Positions 24,368 through 33,065 of a stretch of 64,000 nucleotides of DNA are shown here, one piece after another. The notes below the pieces were generated by a model. That model had not been told where the DNA came from and ran no database searches. It saw nothing but the letters and a program-made list of their open reading frames with translations. The position numbers and the translations under genes were made by a program. Source of the stretch: a virus; IMG/VR virus record IMGVR_UViG_3300026512_000006, positions 1-64,000 of that record, one strand, 5' to 3'. Within the stretch, counting starts at the first letter, position 1; every line of letters starts with the position of its first letter.

Positions 24368-24574
24368 TAGGTGTCCTTGATTTAGTTTTTGAAGTGTCTT
24401 TATTGTTTTAAGTACAGGGAAACCGCATGGTTTACGGGATTATGGATGATAGGGGTGCAGTAAACTAGTGCTTCAGAGGCCCATACAGCGTCTATAAGGG
24501 CTAAACTAATTTTCCAGGTACAAAACCATAGATTATTGAAGTCGGAGCTTCTAGGTACCTTAAAATGAGTTATA

Positions 24575-24784
24575 CTAGGATAGTGTATTTTTGAGGAATA
24601 AAGCATATCTTACTTCATCTTCGTCAGGGCTTGCTAAGTATGTATTAAGGATAGCATGAATGCTACGTTGGTCTCTAGAGCCAAGTACTTTGTACTTGCT
24701 CTTAACTAGTTCTGATATCATTGGACTGGTTAGCCCGCTAGTGCCTTTTATATGGCTTATTATTAGTGCTTTAAGTTCTTTCAT
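24575..24784 (-). CDS. hypothetical protein (69 aa)
   Basis: ORF track; AAAGGACTCC SD. Confidence 0.55.
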   Translation of the reverse strand: MKELKALIISHIKGTSGLTSPMISELVKSKYKVLGSRDQRSIHAILNTYLASPDEDEVRYALFLKNTLS

Positions 24785-24941
24785 GGGAGTCCTTTAAGTT
24801 TACTAGAAGGTATCTAAGCCCTTTTGTGGTGTAACTACATTATCATGCTACTTGACCGAAGCTTCTAGTATTGTTAGATACAATAGTATCGCTCCTAAAG
24901 TAATAGTAAGTGCGTAAGAGGAGTCCTTGCTTGTAGGGAAT

Positions 24942-24956
24942 ACTACCTGCGGTAGT
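24942..24956 (-). promoter_or_regulatory. 6-bp stem / 3-nt loop DNA hairpin ACTACC-TGC-GGTAGT (candidate vRNAP-type early promoter)
   Basis: Perfect arms, with G at the loop centre on the template (plus) strand. Flanked by direct repeats GTCCTTGCTT (24924-24933, 24977-24986). Lies between the early terminator and the next early gene. Confidence 0.35.
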
Positions 24957-25047
24957 TTCGTCTCTCCTCTAGGACGTCCTTGCTTCTTTAATGTGAGCTA
25001 GGAAGTGTACTCGTAACTAGAGGAGCGATAGCGATACGTGAGCTCTT

Positions 25048-25083
25048 AAAAAAAGAAGAAGTAACTACCCGAAGGTAGCTACT
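25048..25083 (-). terminator. intrinsic terminator after the first early operon
   Basis: Minus strand AGUAGCUACC-UUCG-GGUAGUUACU followed by UCUUCUUUUUUU. Confidence 0.8.
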
Positions 25084-25108
25084 GGAGAAGTTATAAGATT
25101 TTGCAAGG

Positions 25109-25216
25109 TTAGAGGGAGTTGATTGAGCGAATTGCTTTAAGGTAGTAAGCGAAGTCTGATACTGTACCTTTAGGGAAATTAGCAAGGAATTGTTGTAAGT
25201 GTTTATTATGTTTCAT
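25109..25216 (-). CDS. hypothetical peptide (35 aa)
   Basis: Own translation MKHNKHLQQFLANFPKGTVSDFAYYLKAIRSINSL. ATG 1 nt after the upstream stop; ends 25 nt before the terminator hairpin. Confidence 0.4.
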   Translation of the reverse strand: MKHNKHLQQFLANFPKGTVSDFAYYLKAIRSINSL

Positions 25217-25217
25217 C

Positions 25218-25352
25218 TTAGTGTCCTGTGAATACTGCGGTGACTTTAGCACCTGTTGTGATTAGTCCCGCTATGATAGTAGCAGAACGTTTATAAGTTA
25301 CTCTAGTTCTATAAGTACGATTATTCATTCTATAAATTATTACTACTACCAT
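25218..25352 (-). CDS. hypothetical peptide (44 aa)
   Basis: Own translation MVVVIIYRMNNRTYRTRVTYKRSATIIAGLITTGAKVTAVFTGH; AAAGGAT SD. Confidence 0.4.
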   Translation of the reverse strand: MVVVIIYRMNNRTYRTRVTYKRSATIIAGLITTGAKVTAVFTGH

Positions 25353-25363
25353 AGTGGTATCCT

Positions 25364-25630
25364 TTATGAAGTTTTACGTTTAGGAGTTGGGTTAACTGCT
25401 TTGCGTATTAATTTAGCTTCAGCTTGCGCTGTTGCCACTCTAGCGTCTCTTTTAGCGTTGTCCACAATGGAATCGCATTGTAAGTCCGCTAACATATTTT
25501 TACTTGGTATTTCAATAGCGTCGAACCCGATGTCTAATAAACTTGCTGTTCTTGTGACAGCGTTGTCTACTACATCTACTAATGTTCCTGCTGTATTGAA
25601 TACTTTACCTAATGCTTGAAATGGTCCCAT
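25364..25630 (-). CDS. first minus-strand (early) gene, hypothetical protein (88 aa)
   Basis: ORF track; CCGTAGGAGG leader 5 nt upstream of the ATG. Confidence 0.65.
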   Translation of the reverse strand: MGPFQALGKVFNTAGTLVDVVDNAVTRTASLLDIGFDAIEIPSKNMLADLQCDSIVDNAKRDARVATAQAEAKLIRKAVNPTPKRKTS

Positions 25631-26445
25631 GAATGCCTCCTACGGCTTTGATTTATATAGAGTGTGTGATTCCGTCAAGTAGTACAGTATTTAAACCCTG
25701 CGATAGTGATGCTATGTTTTAGCTAGTATCCGACTAACACGTCTAGTGACTATATCGAACTGTAAGTGACATCTGTACATTTGTATCTCCTATGTAATTT
25801 ATCTATTGATATCTCACCACTATAGTAGTAGGTTATGCGTACAGAAATGATATACATTTGGTATGTAGTACTACGGAATTTTTATGGGTCCCTTTTCAAA
25901 GTTATTAGGGGGGGGGGTATATTTGGTATGAGTCCCCTTGGGGACCTATACTGCACGCACCTCACAAAATAACAATCCAAACTATAAGCCCCCCTTAAAA
26001 AGTAATCCATGTAAACTACTAATACCTATATGTTAATTAGACCTTCGGCCCAATTCCCGGCTTACTAATCCTACAATCTCAAAAAATAAAAAATTAACTA
26101 TAAAGGCCTAAAGGCTGCCCAGCAATAGATACAAGTATCAGATAACCCTAATACAACGAACAAGTAAGCCAGCTATACGAGCTAGTGAGGGAAGCCGATA
26201 GGCTAACCGAATTAGTGAGTAGAGCGAGTGGTAACTAGACGAAGGCTATGTTACATTGTATGGATCATTTTAAGGTACATTGTGCAACTTCTTTCCCAGA
26301 GACTAGTGATTTACTCCCTTGGTACCGATAAAGCCTTCAAGAGCTCCAGAGAGTTCTCTAGTAGTATTGAAGTACATGCACTAATTTTTAAGCTAAGACT
26401 AAGAAAGCTGTACTATACTGCTATAATTAATATAAAGGAGCTTTA
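25631..26445. other. divergent ORF-free control region / possible genome-end junction
   Basis: 815 bp without credible ORFs between oppositely oriented arrays. Contains a G10 run (25908-25917), the palindrome GTCCCCTTGGGGAC (25932-25945), a C6 run (25989-25994) and five exact TAGTGA hexamers on one strand. Confidence 0.5.
26419..26427 (+). promoter_or_regulatory. extended -10 promoter element TGcTATAAT
   Basis: Ends 18 nt upstream of the first plus-strand ATG (26446). Confidence 0.45.
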
Positions 26446-26568
26446 ATGGAAACTACAGAAGTAAGTAACCCAGATAAAGATATGGTAGTATATGTAACTA
26501 AATGTGTAGATAGTAAAATAGTGGCTGTACAGGAAACTACGTTAGAAGAGGTAGGTATACAGCTATGA
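26446..26568 (+). CDS. hypothetical peptide (40 aa)
   Basis: Own translation METTEVSNPDKDMVVYVTKCVDSKIVAVQETTLEEVGIQL; AAGGAG SD; ATGA coupling to the next ORF. Confidence 0.4.
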   Translation: METTEVSNPDKDMVVYVTKCVDSKIVAVQETTLEEVGIQL

Positions 26569-26702
26569 GTAAGAAAACAGTTTATTGTAAGATTTGTAAG
26601 AAAGATGTAGTACCAATTGTTAAGATATTTAATACTAAGGTATGTCCTAAATGCAATATAATTCTTAGTAGTGATAAAGGTATCGACAAGGCAGGAATAT
26701 GA
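26565..26702 (+). CDS. zinc-ribbon peptide (45 aa)
   Basis: Own translation MSKKTVYCKICKKDVVPIVKIFNTKVCPKCNIILSSDKGIDKAGI (CxxC...CxxC); ATGA coupling on both sides. Confidence 0.45.
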   Translation: MSKKTVYCKICKKDVVPIVKIFNTKVCPKCNIILSSDKGIDKAGI

Positions 26703-26995
26703 GTTACATAGGGTACGGCATTAAAACTCCATGTAGTGTATGTGGCAAGTTCGTCAGTATAGGTGAGCCATGTGACTGTAATGCTAAAAAGACTATCAAA
26801 TACAGAGTCTTAGGTCCTTCAGTTAGCGAGACACACAATACAGGTACAAGTGCTGTAAATACTTCAGCTACCTCTATGTGCCGTTTAGAAGACTTGTATA
26901 ATGATCTTGGTACTCTTAAATGGCTTGGTAGTGATGATGGCTGGGATAGAGCTATAGAAGCTGTAAGGGCTGAAATTAAGAAGAGGTTGGAATAA
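26699..26995 (+). CDS. hypothetical Cys-containing protein (98 aa)
   Basis: ORF track; CSVCGKFVSIGEPCDC. Confidence 0.55.
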   Translation: MSYIGYGIKTPCSVCGKFVSIGEPCDCNAKKTIKYRVLGPSVSETHNTGTSAVNTSATSMCRLEDLYNDLGTLKWLGSDDGWDRAIEAVRAEIKKRLE

Positions 26996-27001
26996 GTAAC
27001 A

Positions 27002-27430
27002 ATGGCCTTTCTTACTGTTGGTGCCGGAGTGCCTAAAAAGAAACAAAGACTTTACCTTATGGAGATAACCTTACCATCTGGCATGGTAGTTATCAAATGC
27101 GGTAAAGCTTCAGGTAGTTCTTCTAAAGAAAGAATGCTGCAGATATGTAGTAGTATCTATGATAAATTTAGAAGAACCCCTATGATTAAGATACAAAGGG
27201 ACCGAGAAGTAAATGCTGACCTAGTATTCAAGTATGAGACAATTATGCATAGATTCTTTAGTGATTATAGGTATGAGTCTAAGCATAAGTTTGATGGTAT
27301 TAGTGAATGCTTCGTAGTGCCCTTAGATGATATGGTACAGGCCTATGAAGCTGTAATGGAAGGACTAGAACCTGATGGAGTGTATAAACGTGCTCCTATA
27401 GTGTTAGACAAGTATGATCTGCCTTTTTAA
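27002..27430 (+). CDS. T5orf172 / GIY-YIG-superfamily domain protein (142 aa)
   Basis: LYLMEITLPSGMVVIKCGKASGSSSKERM ... ETIMHRFFSDYR ... DGISECFVV pattern typical of T5orf172-type domains. Confidence 0.5.
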   Translation: MAFLTVGAGVPKKKQRLYLMEITLPSGMVVIKCGKASGSSSKERMLQICSSIYDKFRRTPMIKIQRDREVNADLVFKYETIMHRFFSDYRYESKHKFDGISECFVVPLDDMVQAYEAVMEGLEPDGVYKRAPIVLDKYDLPF

Positions 27431-27578
27431 TGATAAGCTAAGTAAGGTGTAAGTATACTACGTAAATTTAACAAAAGGATGGTAGTGAAAGAAAAAGATA
27501 CTGATGTAATCAGGACTAGTGATAATACGGTAGAGACAATATAATACCTACAGAATAAACAATAATAAAGGAAGTAAT

Positions 27579-27908
27579 ATGGAAGAAATAGAGGATATGG
27601 AAGAATTAGCAATGGCTGGTAATAAGATGGAAAAGAAAGCTATGTTGGAAAAGAAGAAGAAGCGTGAGCATATTAGAAAGCTTAAACGACTTGTAGGCCT
27701 GGATTCATGGGAGAACCCAGATGAACTAATTGTAAGTGAAGCTGGTGAGAAACTAATTAATTACGTAAAGTTTATTAAAGATCCAATGGTTAAGAAAGAG
27801 TTCACTAAAGCCCAGTTCAAGACTGTTAACAACTGTCTAGTGGATATCATTAATGTATTTAGTGAACTTGAGGTGGCTTACGAGGATAACTTACTAAAGA
27901 AGGTCTAA
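27579..27908 (+). CDS. hypothetical protein (109 aa)
   Basis: ORF track; Lys/Glu-rich. Confidence 0.5.
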   Translation: MEEIEDMEELAMAGNKMEKKAMLEKKKKREHIRKLKRLVGLDSWENPDELIVSEAGEKLINYVKFIKDPMVKKEFTKAQFKTVNNCLVDIINVFSELEVAYEDNLLKKV

Positions 27909-28260
27909 AAGAAGTAAGAACTCTTTAAGGAAAAGTTGCCTACAATGGTGACCAAGGACAATCAGAGCTCCTACTTAAGTCTCTGGTAACTATGGGAGGT
28001 GCAAATTAAAGCCCTCCAACTACAAGTGCTGTAGCTAGTATATTTTGATAAATTAGCTAAAGTACTTCGTCTTAGGAAGACACTAAACTCACTACCTTTT
28101 TGATTTGATGGATAGAACTATCCTTGAGAAGAATTAACTAATCTTCCTTTACAGCACCTCCGTGGCGCTTAAACTTCATATATAATTAAACACACATTAC
28201 TTTTAAACATAGATTAAGCTTTACATAGTTATTATTGCAATAATTAAATAAAGGATAACT

Positions 28261-28518
28261 ATGCATATAGAGAGATTATCTCCCATAGACTGGCTTACAG
28301 CTATGGATAGACTAAGTGTTGGTGCCTTCTACTTACTGAATGTAATATACCGTAAAGATATAGATGTAAGTGATGAGAACCTTATGGACCTTACAGGGTA
28401 TGGTATTAGCACTCATAGAAAGCAGAAGAAGGAATTACTGGATTGTGATTACCTTAGTATCGAACAGATAGGTAAAGGTGTCTATCAATATACAGTAAAG
28501 GATAATAATGTCAAGTAA
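28261..28518 (+). CDS. hypothetical winged-helix-like protein (85 aa)
   Basis: ORF track; AAAGGA SD; precedes the terminase genes. Confidence 0.5.
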   Translation: MHIERLSPIDWLTAMDRLSVGAFYLLNVIYRKDIDVSDENLMDLTGYGISTHRKQKKELLDCDYLSIEQIGKGVYQYTVKDNNVK

Positions 28519-29290
28519 GTTAATAGATACCCCCCATAAGGACGCTAGAAGAATGGCGCCAGACACACGACAATATGTAACTGTAGAAAAGATAAAGAAC
28601 TTACTACCTAAGAAAACTAATATAGCAGTTACGGAAGAAGTTGTTGAGCTAATAAATAGAATGGAAGATGATACTGGACTTCCTCAAGAGCTATTGGAAG
28701 AAGATGTAATGTCTTATACCCATTTACTGGGCGGAATGAGAGGAGTAGGATTAAAAGACTTAGTGAATGCTGTTAAGTACTGTAACCTACGTAGAAATTA
28801 TGGCAATAAAGAAGCATGGTCTATAGTATTTCCAGAGAAGTACAACGCTTTAGTAGAAGCTAATAAGCAAATTGATAACCATGTAAGTATGTATACTAGC
28901 AGTAAGCTAGTCGTTGCTATGGATAAAGAAATGCTTATTCCTATACACTTACAGTATGCCCCTTACTTCCATGCAGCTGTTAAGAAGCAATTTGATTTAA
29001 TGAATGGCAATGCCTCTAAAGATACTAAAGGTAATGAGATGAATGTATCTCCTATGGTTCAACATTTAGCTGCTAAAGAATTAGCTAATCTTACCAGACA
29101 GCCTGAGGAGCAGAAGCTTGCTGTATCTATTACTCCTAGTGACGCAGCTATGGGATTACAAAGTGATATGAATGACCAGTTGAAGCAGATAGTGGCTAAT
29201 CAGAAAAGACAGCTTGAGGATGGTGCAGATATTCTAGATGTACAAGTACTTGGCATTGACTTCTCTGATGTTGGGAAAGACAATGAGTAA
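28508..29290 (+). CDS. putative terminase small subunit (260 aa)
   Basis: Called by position only: it lies immediately upstream of the large terminase gene and overlaps it. Confidence 0.35.
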   Translation: MSSKLIDTPHKDARRMAPDTRQYVTVEKIKNLLPKKTNIAVTEEVVELINRMEDDTGLPQELLEEDVMSYTHLLGGMRGVGLKDLVNAVKYCNLRRNYGNKEAWSIVFPEKYNALVEANKQIDNHVSMYTSSKLVVAMDKEMLIPIHLQYAPYFHAAVKKQFDLMNGNASKDTKGNEMNVSPMVQHLAAKELANLTRQPEEQKLAVSITPSDAAMGLQSDMNDQLKQIVANQKRQLEDGADILDVQVLGIDFSDVGKDNE

Positions 29291-31001
29291 CATTAGAAAG
29301 GCACAGAAGAAATTTGACCTAGATAAAGCATTAGATAGTATAGATCTATCGTTCAATGGGTATGTGCCTTCAGAAGATGCTTTGGAGTTCTTTGCATTGA
29401 TGAGACTAGTGCAAGGAGAGGATTTTGAATTTAGTACTCCACTTTTTCACTATTGGTTAGTTGACCTAATGTTTGGTAATATAACCAGAGATCACTATCC
29501 GTATTCTAAGGAAGTTAGAGATACTATTACTATTAACGCTAAGAGGATATGTATTGTGGCATCTCGTGGCGTTGCAAAATCTACTGTAGTCACTGCTTTT
29601 TACCCAGTGTATTGTGCTATTAAAGGCAAGACTCCTGATGGGATTAAGTCTGAGTTTCACTTACTAGTTGCTGCTTCACAGCAAGGTGGTGGTAGAGTAA
29701 TGGCAAAGGCTGTACAGTCTTTATGTGAGGACAGTGTGTTCTGTCAGAATTACTTTGAGTCAATGAGGTTTACTGAAACTGAAAGTGAGTTCATTCGTAA
29801 AGGAAATACAAAAGTAAAGAATAGAGTATTTCTTGCTAGGTATATAGGTATTGGTGGAGGCATCCGGGGGGTGCGTTCTAACATAGGGTCAGAGAGACCA
29901 GACCATATAATCTTTGATGATGTTATCCTAAATTCAGACACAGCATACTCAGATACTATAATGAATAGTTTAAGAACTACTATAAAAGCAGATGCGATAA
30001 ATGCGCTTAGAGGCGGTGGACGTGGTAAGATATTCTCTGTTGCAACCCCCTTTCATTTACTTGATCCAGTTATTGAGATGCTAACAGGAGGTGCGTACAC
30101 TCCAGTGGCTATACCTATATGTGAGAAGATATATGAAGGTATGCCTGAGGAGGAGTTTGTAGGTGTTTGGCCTTCTATGCACCCGTATGAGGCTGTAATA
30201 GAACAGTATGAGTCAGCAGTTGCTTCTAATGCTACGAGGGAATTTAATCAGGAAAGAATGCTTAGAATTAGTTCAGATGAAGACAGAATGATAAGTGATA
30301 ATATGATTGAGTGGTATAGCAGAAAAGATTTGCTAAAGAATATAGGTGCTTATAATATCTACATAACTACAGACTTTACAACAACTTCTGAAGCTAAGTC
30401 GGACTTCTCTGCGTTAGCTGCATGGGCTGTTAATAGCAACCGAGACTATTACTTAGTAGACTTATGTGTAAAGAGGCAAGGCATAGCAGAGCAGTATAAT
30501 GAGTTGTTTAGGATGGTAAATTTCTGGTTAAGTCATGGTAGGTCTGTAGAGGTAGGCATTGAGGTAGATGGCCAGCAGAAGGCTCATTTATTTGCACTAA
30601 AGGAGATGATGCTTAAAAGGTCCGAGTGGTTTACCTTTGCTAGACAGAAAGGAACTAAGATAGGTAGTCAGGGAATTCTTAGCAGAAACTCTGGAGGGAA
30701 TAAGCATGAGAGATTTAGGATGATGCTTCCACAGTTCCAGAACCATAAGATACATTTTCCATATGAATTAGAGAATACACCGGATATGAGAGAAGCACTG
30801 ACTCAACTTAAGTATACTACTTGGGAAGCTTTTGGAGGGCACGACGATTTCCCGGACACTATCAGTCAATTAGGAATGATAGAGTTGGTATTCCCTATGG
30901 TAAGTCCTGGAAGCTATAGTGCTAATAGTAGAAAGGATAGGTCACTATGGGATGATATCGAAGATACAAGTGATAGTTCTGCTTACTCAAGTTACACTTA
31001 G
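29283..31001 (+). CDS. terL: terminase large subunit
   Basis: Walker A-like IVASRGVAKST, Walker B-like HIIFDDV, C-terminal nuclease-like TTDFTTTSEAKSDFSA...EVDGQQ. ATG 29283 overlaps the upstream stop. Confidence 0.8.
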   Translation: MSNIRKAQKKFDLDKALDSIDLSFNGYVPSEDALEFFALMRLVQGEDFEFSTPLFHYWLVDLMFGNITRDHYPYSKEVRDTITINAKRICIVASRGVAKSTVVTAFYPVYCAIKGKTPDGIKSEFHLLVAASQQGGGRVMAKAVQSLCEDSVFCQNYFESMRFTETESEFIRKGNTKVKNRVFLARYIGIGGGIRGVRSNIGSERPDHIIFDDVILNSDTAYSDTIMNSLRTTIKADAINALRGGGRGKIFSVATPFHLLDPVIEMLTGGAYTPVAIPICEKIYEGMPEEEFVGVWPSMHPYEAVIEQYESAVASNATREFNQERMLRISSDEDRMISDNMIEWYSRKDLLKNIGAYNIYITTDFTTTSEAKSDFSALAAWAVNSNRDYYLVDLCVKRQGIAEQYNELFRMVNFWLSHGRSVEVGIEVDGQQKAHLFALKEMMLKRSEWFTFARQKGTKIGSQGILSRNSGGNKHERFRMMLPQFQNHKIHFPYELENTPDMREALTQLKYTTWEAFGGHDDFPDTISQLGMIELVFPMVSPGSYSANSRKDRSLWDDIEDTSDSSAYSSYT

Positions 31002-31006
31002 TAGTG

Positions 31007-31035
31007 TTGACAAACTTATCTAATTACACTATTAT
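31007..31035 (+). promoter_or_regulatory. sigma70-type promoter TTGACA-17-TATTAT
   Basis: Exact -35 consensus, 17-nt spacer; ends 25 nt upstream of the ATG at 31061. Confidence 0.6.
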
Positions 31036-31060
31036 GCTGTTAATAAATTAAGGAAGGTAA

Positions 31061-31513
31061 ATGACATACTCTATGTTAAAGAATATAACTACTGGTTTAC
31101 TAACAGGTGATAATGTATTACCATCTGATAGTGATGTATTATCAGGGCTACTGCAGTATGCACTGACTACTGTTGCTATGCAAGCAGACTCACTTCATTT
31201 AATGACATTGAGTACTACAGCAGATGTATTAAGGCTAGCACAAGGGGATTACTTAATTAGAACTCCTGCTACTCCTATTTTAGATACAGATCTAGTAGAT
31301 ATTGACGAAGAGTTAATGTTTGCAGTAGCAAGATATCTAGCTAGCTATATTAGTAAGGAGAAAGGCGGGATACACGTTCAAGCAGCTGATAGGATAATTA
31401 AGGACTACAATGCTAAGACTTGGGAAATACTTGAACAAATGCAATTAGAAGCTGCTGCAGCTGATGTGGAAGATGTTTGCTATACTGCCTCTTCGACGGA
31501 ATGGACACTATGA
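31061..31513 (+). CDS. virion-module hypothetical protein (150 aa)
   Basis: ORF track; AAGGAAGG SD. Confidence 0.6.
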   Translation: MTYSMLKNITTGLLTGDNVLPSDSDVLSGLLQYALTTVAMQADSLHLMTLSTTADVLRLAQGDYLIRTPATPILDTDLVDIDEELMFAVARYLASYISKEKGGIHVQAADRIIKDYNAKTWEILEQMQLEAAAADVEDVCYTASSTEWTL

Positions 31514-31534
31514 TATATTCTTTAAAGGCATATT

Positions 31535-31984
31535 ATGGCAGGTAACAGAGCATTACAAGGAGGCACACTGGCCCCTATCAGTAGAGTAGGTGATCTGGAA
31601 AATAGAATATCTATAGGTACTGCAGGTGCATTTTTAGCAAGAGACTTATTTAAAGAAAGTACACCTTACTATAAAGAGTATGATGATACTGGTTTAGTTA
31701 TTTATATAACTTACCATTTTTTAAGAGAATTAAGGAGACAACTTAGTGGTGATATTGTAGAGGGGACATCTACATTCAGCCCTGAAGAAGCAGTATTTTA
31801 CAACGAGTACCAAGAATGGGCTGAGGGAGTAGCTAAGGCAGGAGAACTACTACAGGCTATAGAAACTTTAGATACTTGGTTGTTAGATGAGTTGCGAGGT
31901 AACACCCATCCTACACTAAACAGAGATTACTCAGTTACGCATCCTTGGCGTAAAACACTCACAAGAGAAATACCATGGCCTTAA
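31535..31984 (+). CDS. virion-module hypothetical protein (149 aa)
   Basis: ORF track. Confidence 0.6.
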   Translation: MAGNRALQGGTLAPISRVGDLENRISIGTAGAFLARDLFKESTPYYKEYDDTGLVIYITYHFLRELRRQLSGDIVEGTSTFSPEEAVFYNEYQEWAEGVAKAGELLQAIETLDTWLLDELRGNTHPTLNRDYSVTHPWRKTLTREIPWP

Positions 31985-32015
31985 CCCATATAACTAAACT
32001 TACAGGAGGTGTGAT

Positions 32016-33056
32016 ATCGCATCAGATTTATTAAAGGTACTTCGTGAAGTACGTGGAACGGGTGCTCCAGAGGCTGCTTATACCGATGGAATATACTGGG
32101 AACTTACACAGCAATTACTAAACGGTAATGCAGGTGTTTATGGGGATATAAAAGCAATATATGCTGCATTAGGTAGTGGTGATTTCAAAGCTGACTACTT
32201 AGACTTTATTGCTAAGTATGAAGACTTCACACCAAAGTATGATGATTTCGTAATCAAATACGCAGATGTGTTAGTTAAATGGCAAGAGACTGTTGACAAT
32301 GCAACTGCTACCGCAAGTGATAGAGCAGCTACTCAGGTAGATAAGTGGGAGTCAACTGCTACTAAAATGACTGCTGATAGTTACGCTACTGAGCCGGAAG
32401 ATGTCTTAGTAAAAGTATGGAGTTCTAATGGGGATGGTACGTTTAGTTCAGTTGATACTACTGAGTACAGTGCATTACATCACAAGTCTAAGGCAGAAAC
32501 TGCTGAAGCTTTAGTGGCTCCGCACTACACAGCTATAGAAGCAGTTAGTGCTAATGAAGTTAATGTTAATAAAGTAGCTGATGTCACTTCAGATGTTACT
32601 ACAGTAGCAGCCAGTATTGCTGACGTAAGCACAGTAGCAGCGATAGATGACGCTGTTATTTCTCTAGCAGATATCAAAATTGGATTAGATAGTCTGTATG
32701 CTGATAAAACTACACTAGATAGTTTGTATACTGATAAAGCTACTTTAGACAATGTAGCTAGTAATCTCCCAACTATTGTTGCAGTTAATGATAATGAAAC
32801 TAATATAAATGATGCTGTTAATGTTACAGTGCCATTACTACTAAGTAGAATGAATATAGATAATATGGTCTATACCGATGGAAATCTTACGAAGATAGAG
32901 TATGCAGGTACCGATAATTATGAAGATTTTTCATATAATAAAGATGGAAATTTATCTACTATTAAGCATACAAAAGATGGTGTATTAGCTGGTTCTACTG
33001 CATTTAATTATGATACTGATGGAAACTTAGTATCTTCAATATTCACAGAAGCATAA
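32016..33056 (+). CDS. tail fibre protein with YD-type repeats; likely non-canonical ATC start
   Basis: The frame is open from 31998. A perfect AGGAGG lies at 32004-32009, 6 nt before ATC 32016. The first canonical start is GTG 32268. The C-terminus has YTDGNL / YNKDGNL / YDTDGNL repeats. Confidence 0.55.
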   Translation: MASDLLKVLREVRGTGAPEAAYTDGIYWELTQQLLNGNAGVYGDIKAIYAALGSGDFKADYLDFIAKYEDFTPKYDDFVIKYADVLVKWQETVDNATATASDRAATQVDKWESTATKMTADSYATEPEDVLVKVWSSNGDGTFSSVDTTEYSALHHKSKAETAEALVAPHYTAIEAVSANEVNVNKVADVTSDVTTVAASIADVSTVAAIDDAVISLADIKIGLDSLYADKTTLDSLYTDKATLDNVASNLPTIVAVNDNETNINDAVNVTVPLLLSRMNIDNMVYTDGNLTKIEYAGTDNYEDFSYNKDGNLSTIKHTKDGVLAGSTAFNYDTDGNLVSSIFTEA

Positions 33057-33065
33057 GGAGATTAA

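Noticed and set aside
24400-24606. 68-aa ORF overlapping the end of 24575-24784
   Set aside because: It has no SD, overlaps the upstream gene by 32 nt in another frame, and has atypical composition. The 200-bp stretch looks like a non-coding spacer with small hairpins (for example AAACC-GCAT-GGTTT).
24988-25185. 65-aa ORF from the track
   Set aside because: It is Ser-rich and low-complexity, and it reads straight through the strong intrinsic terminator hairpin (25048-25083). The better-supported small ORFs 25218-25352 and 25109-25216, with SDs and coupling, explain the region.
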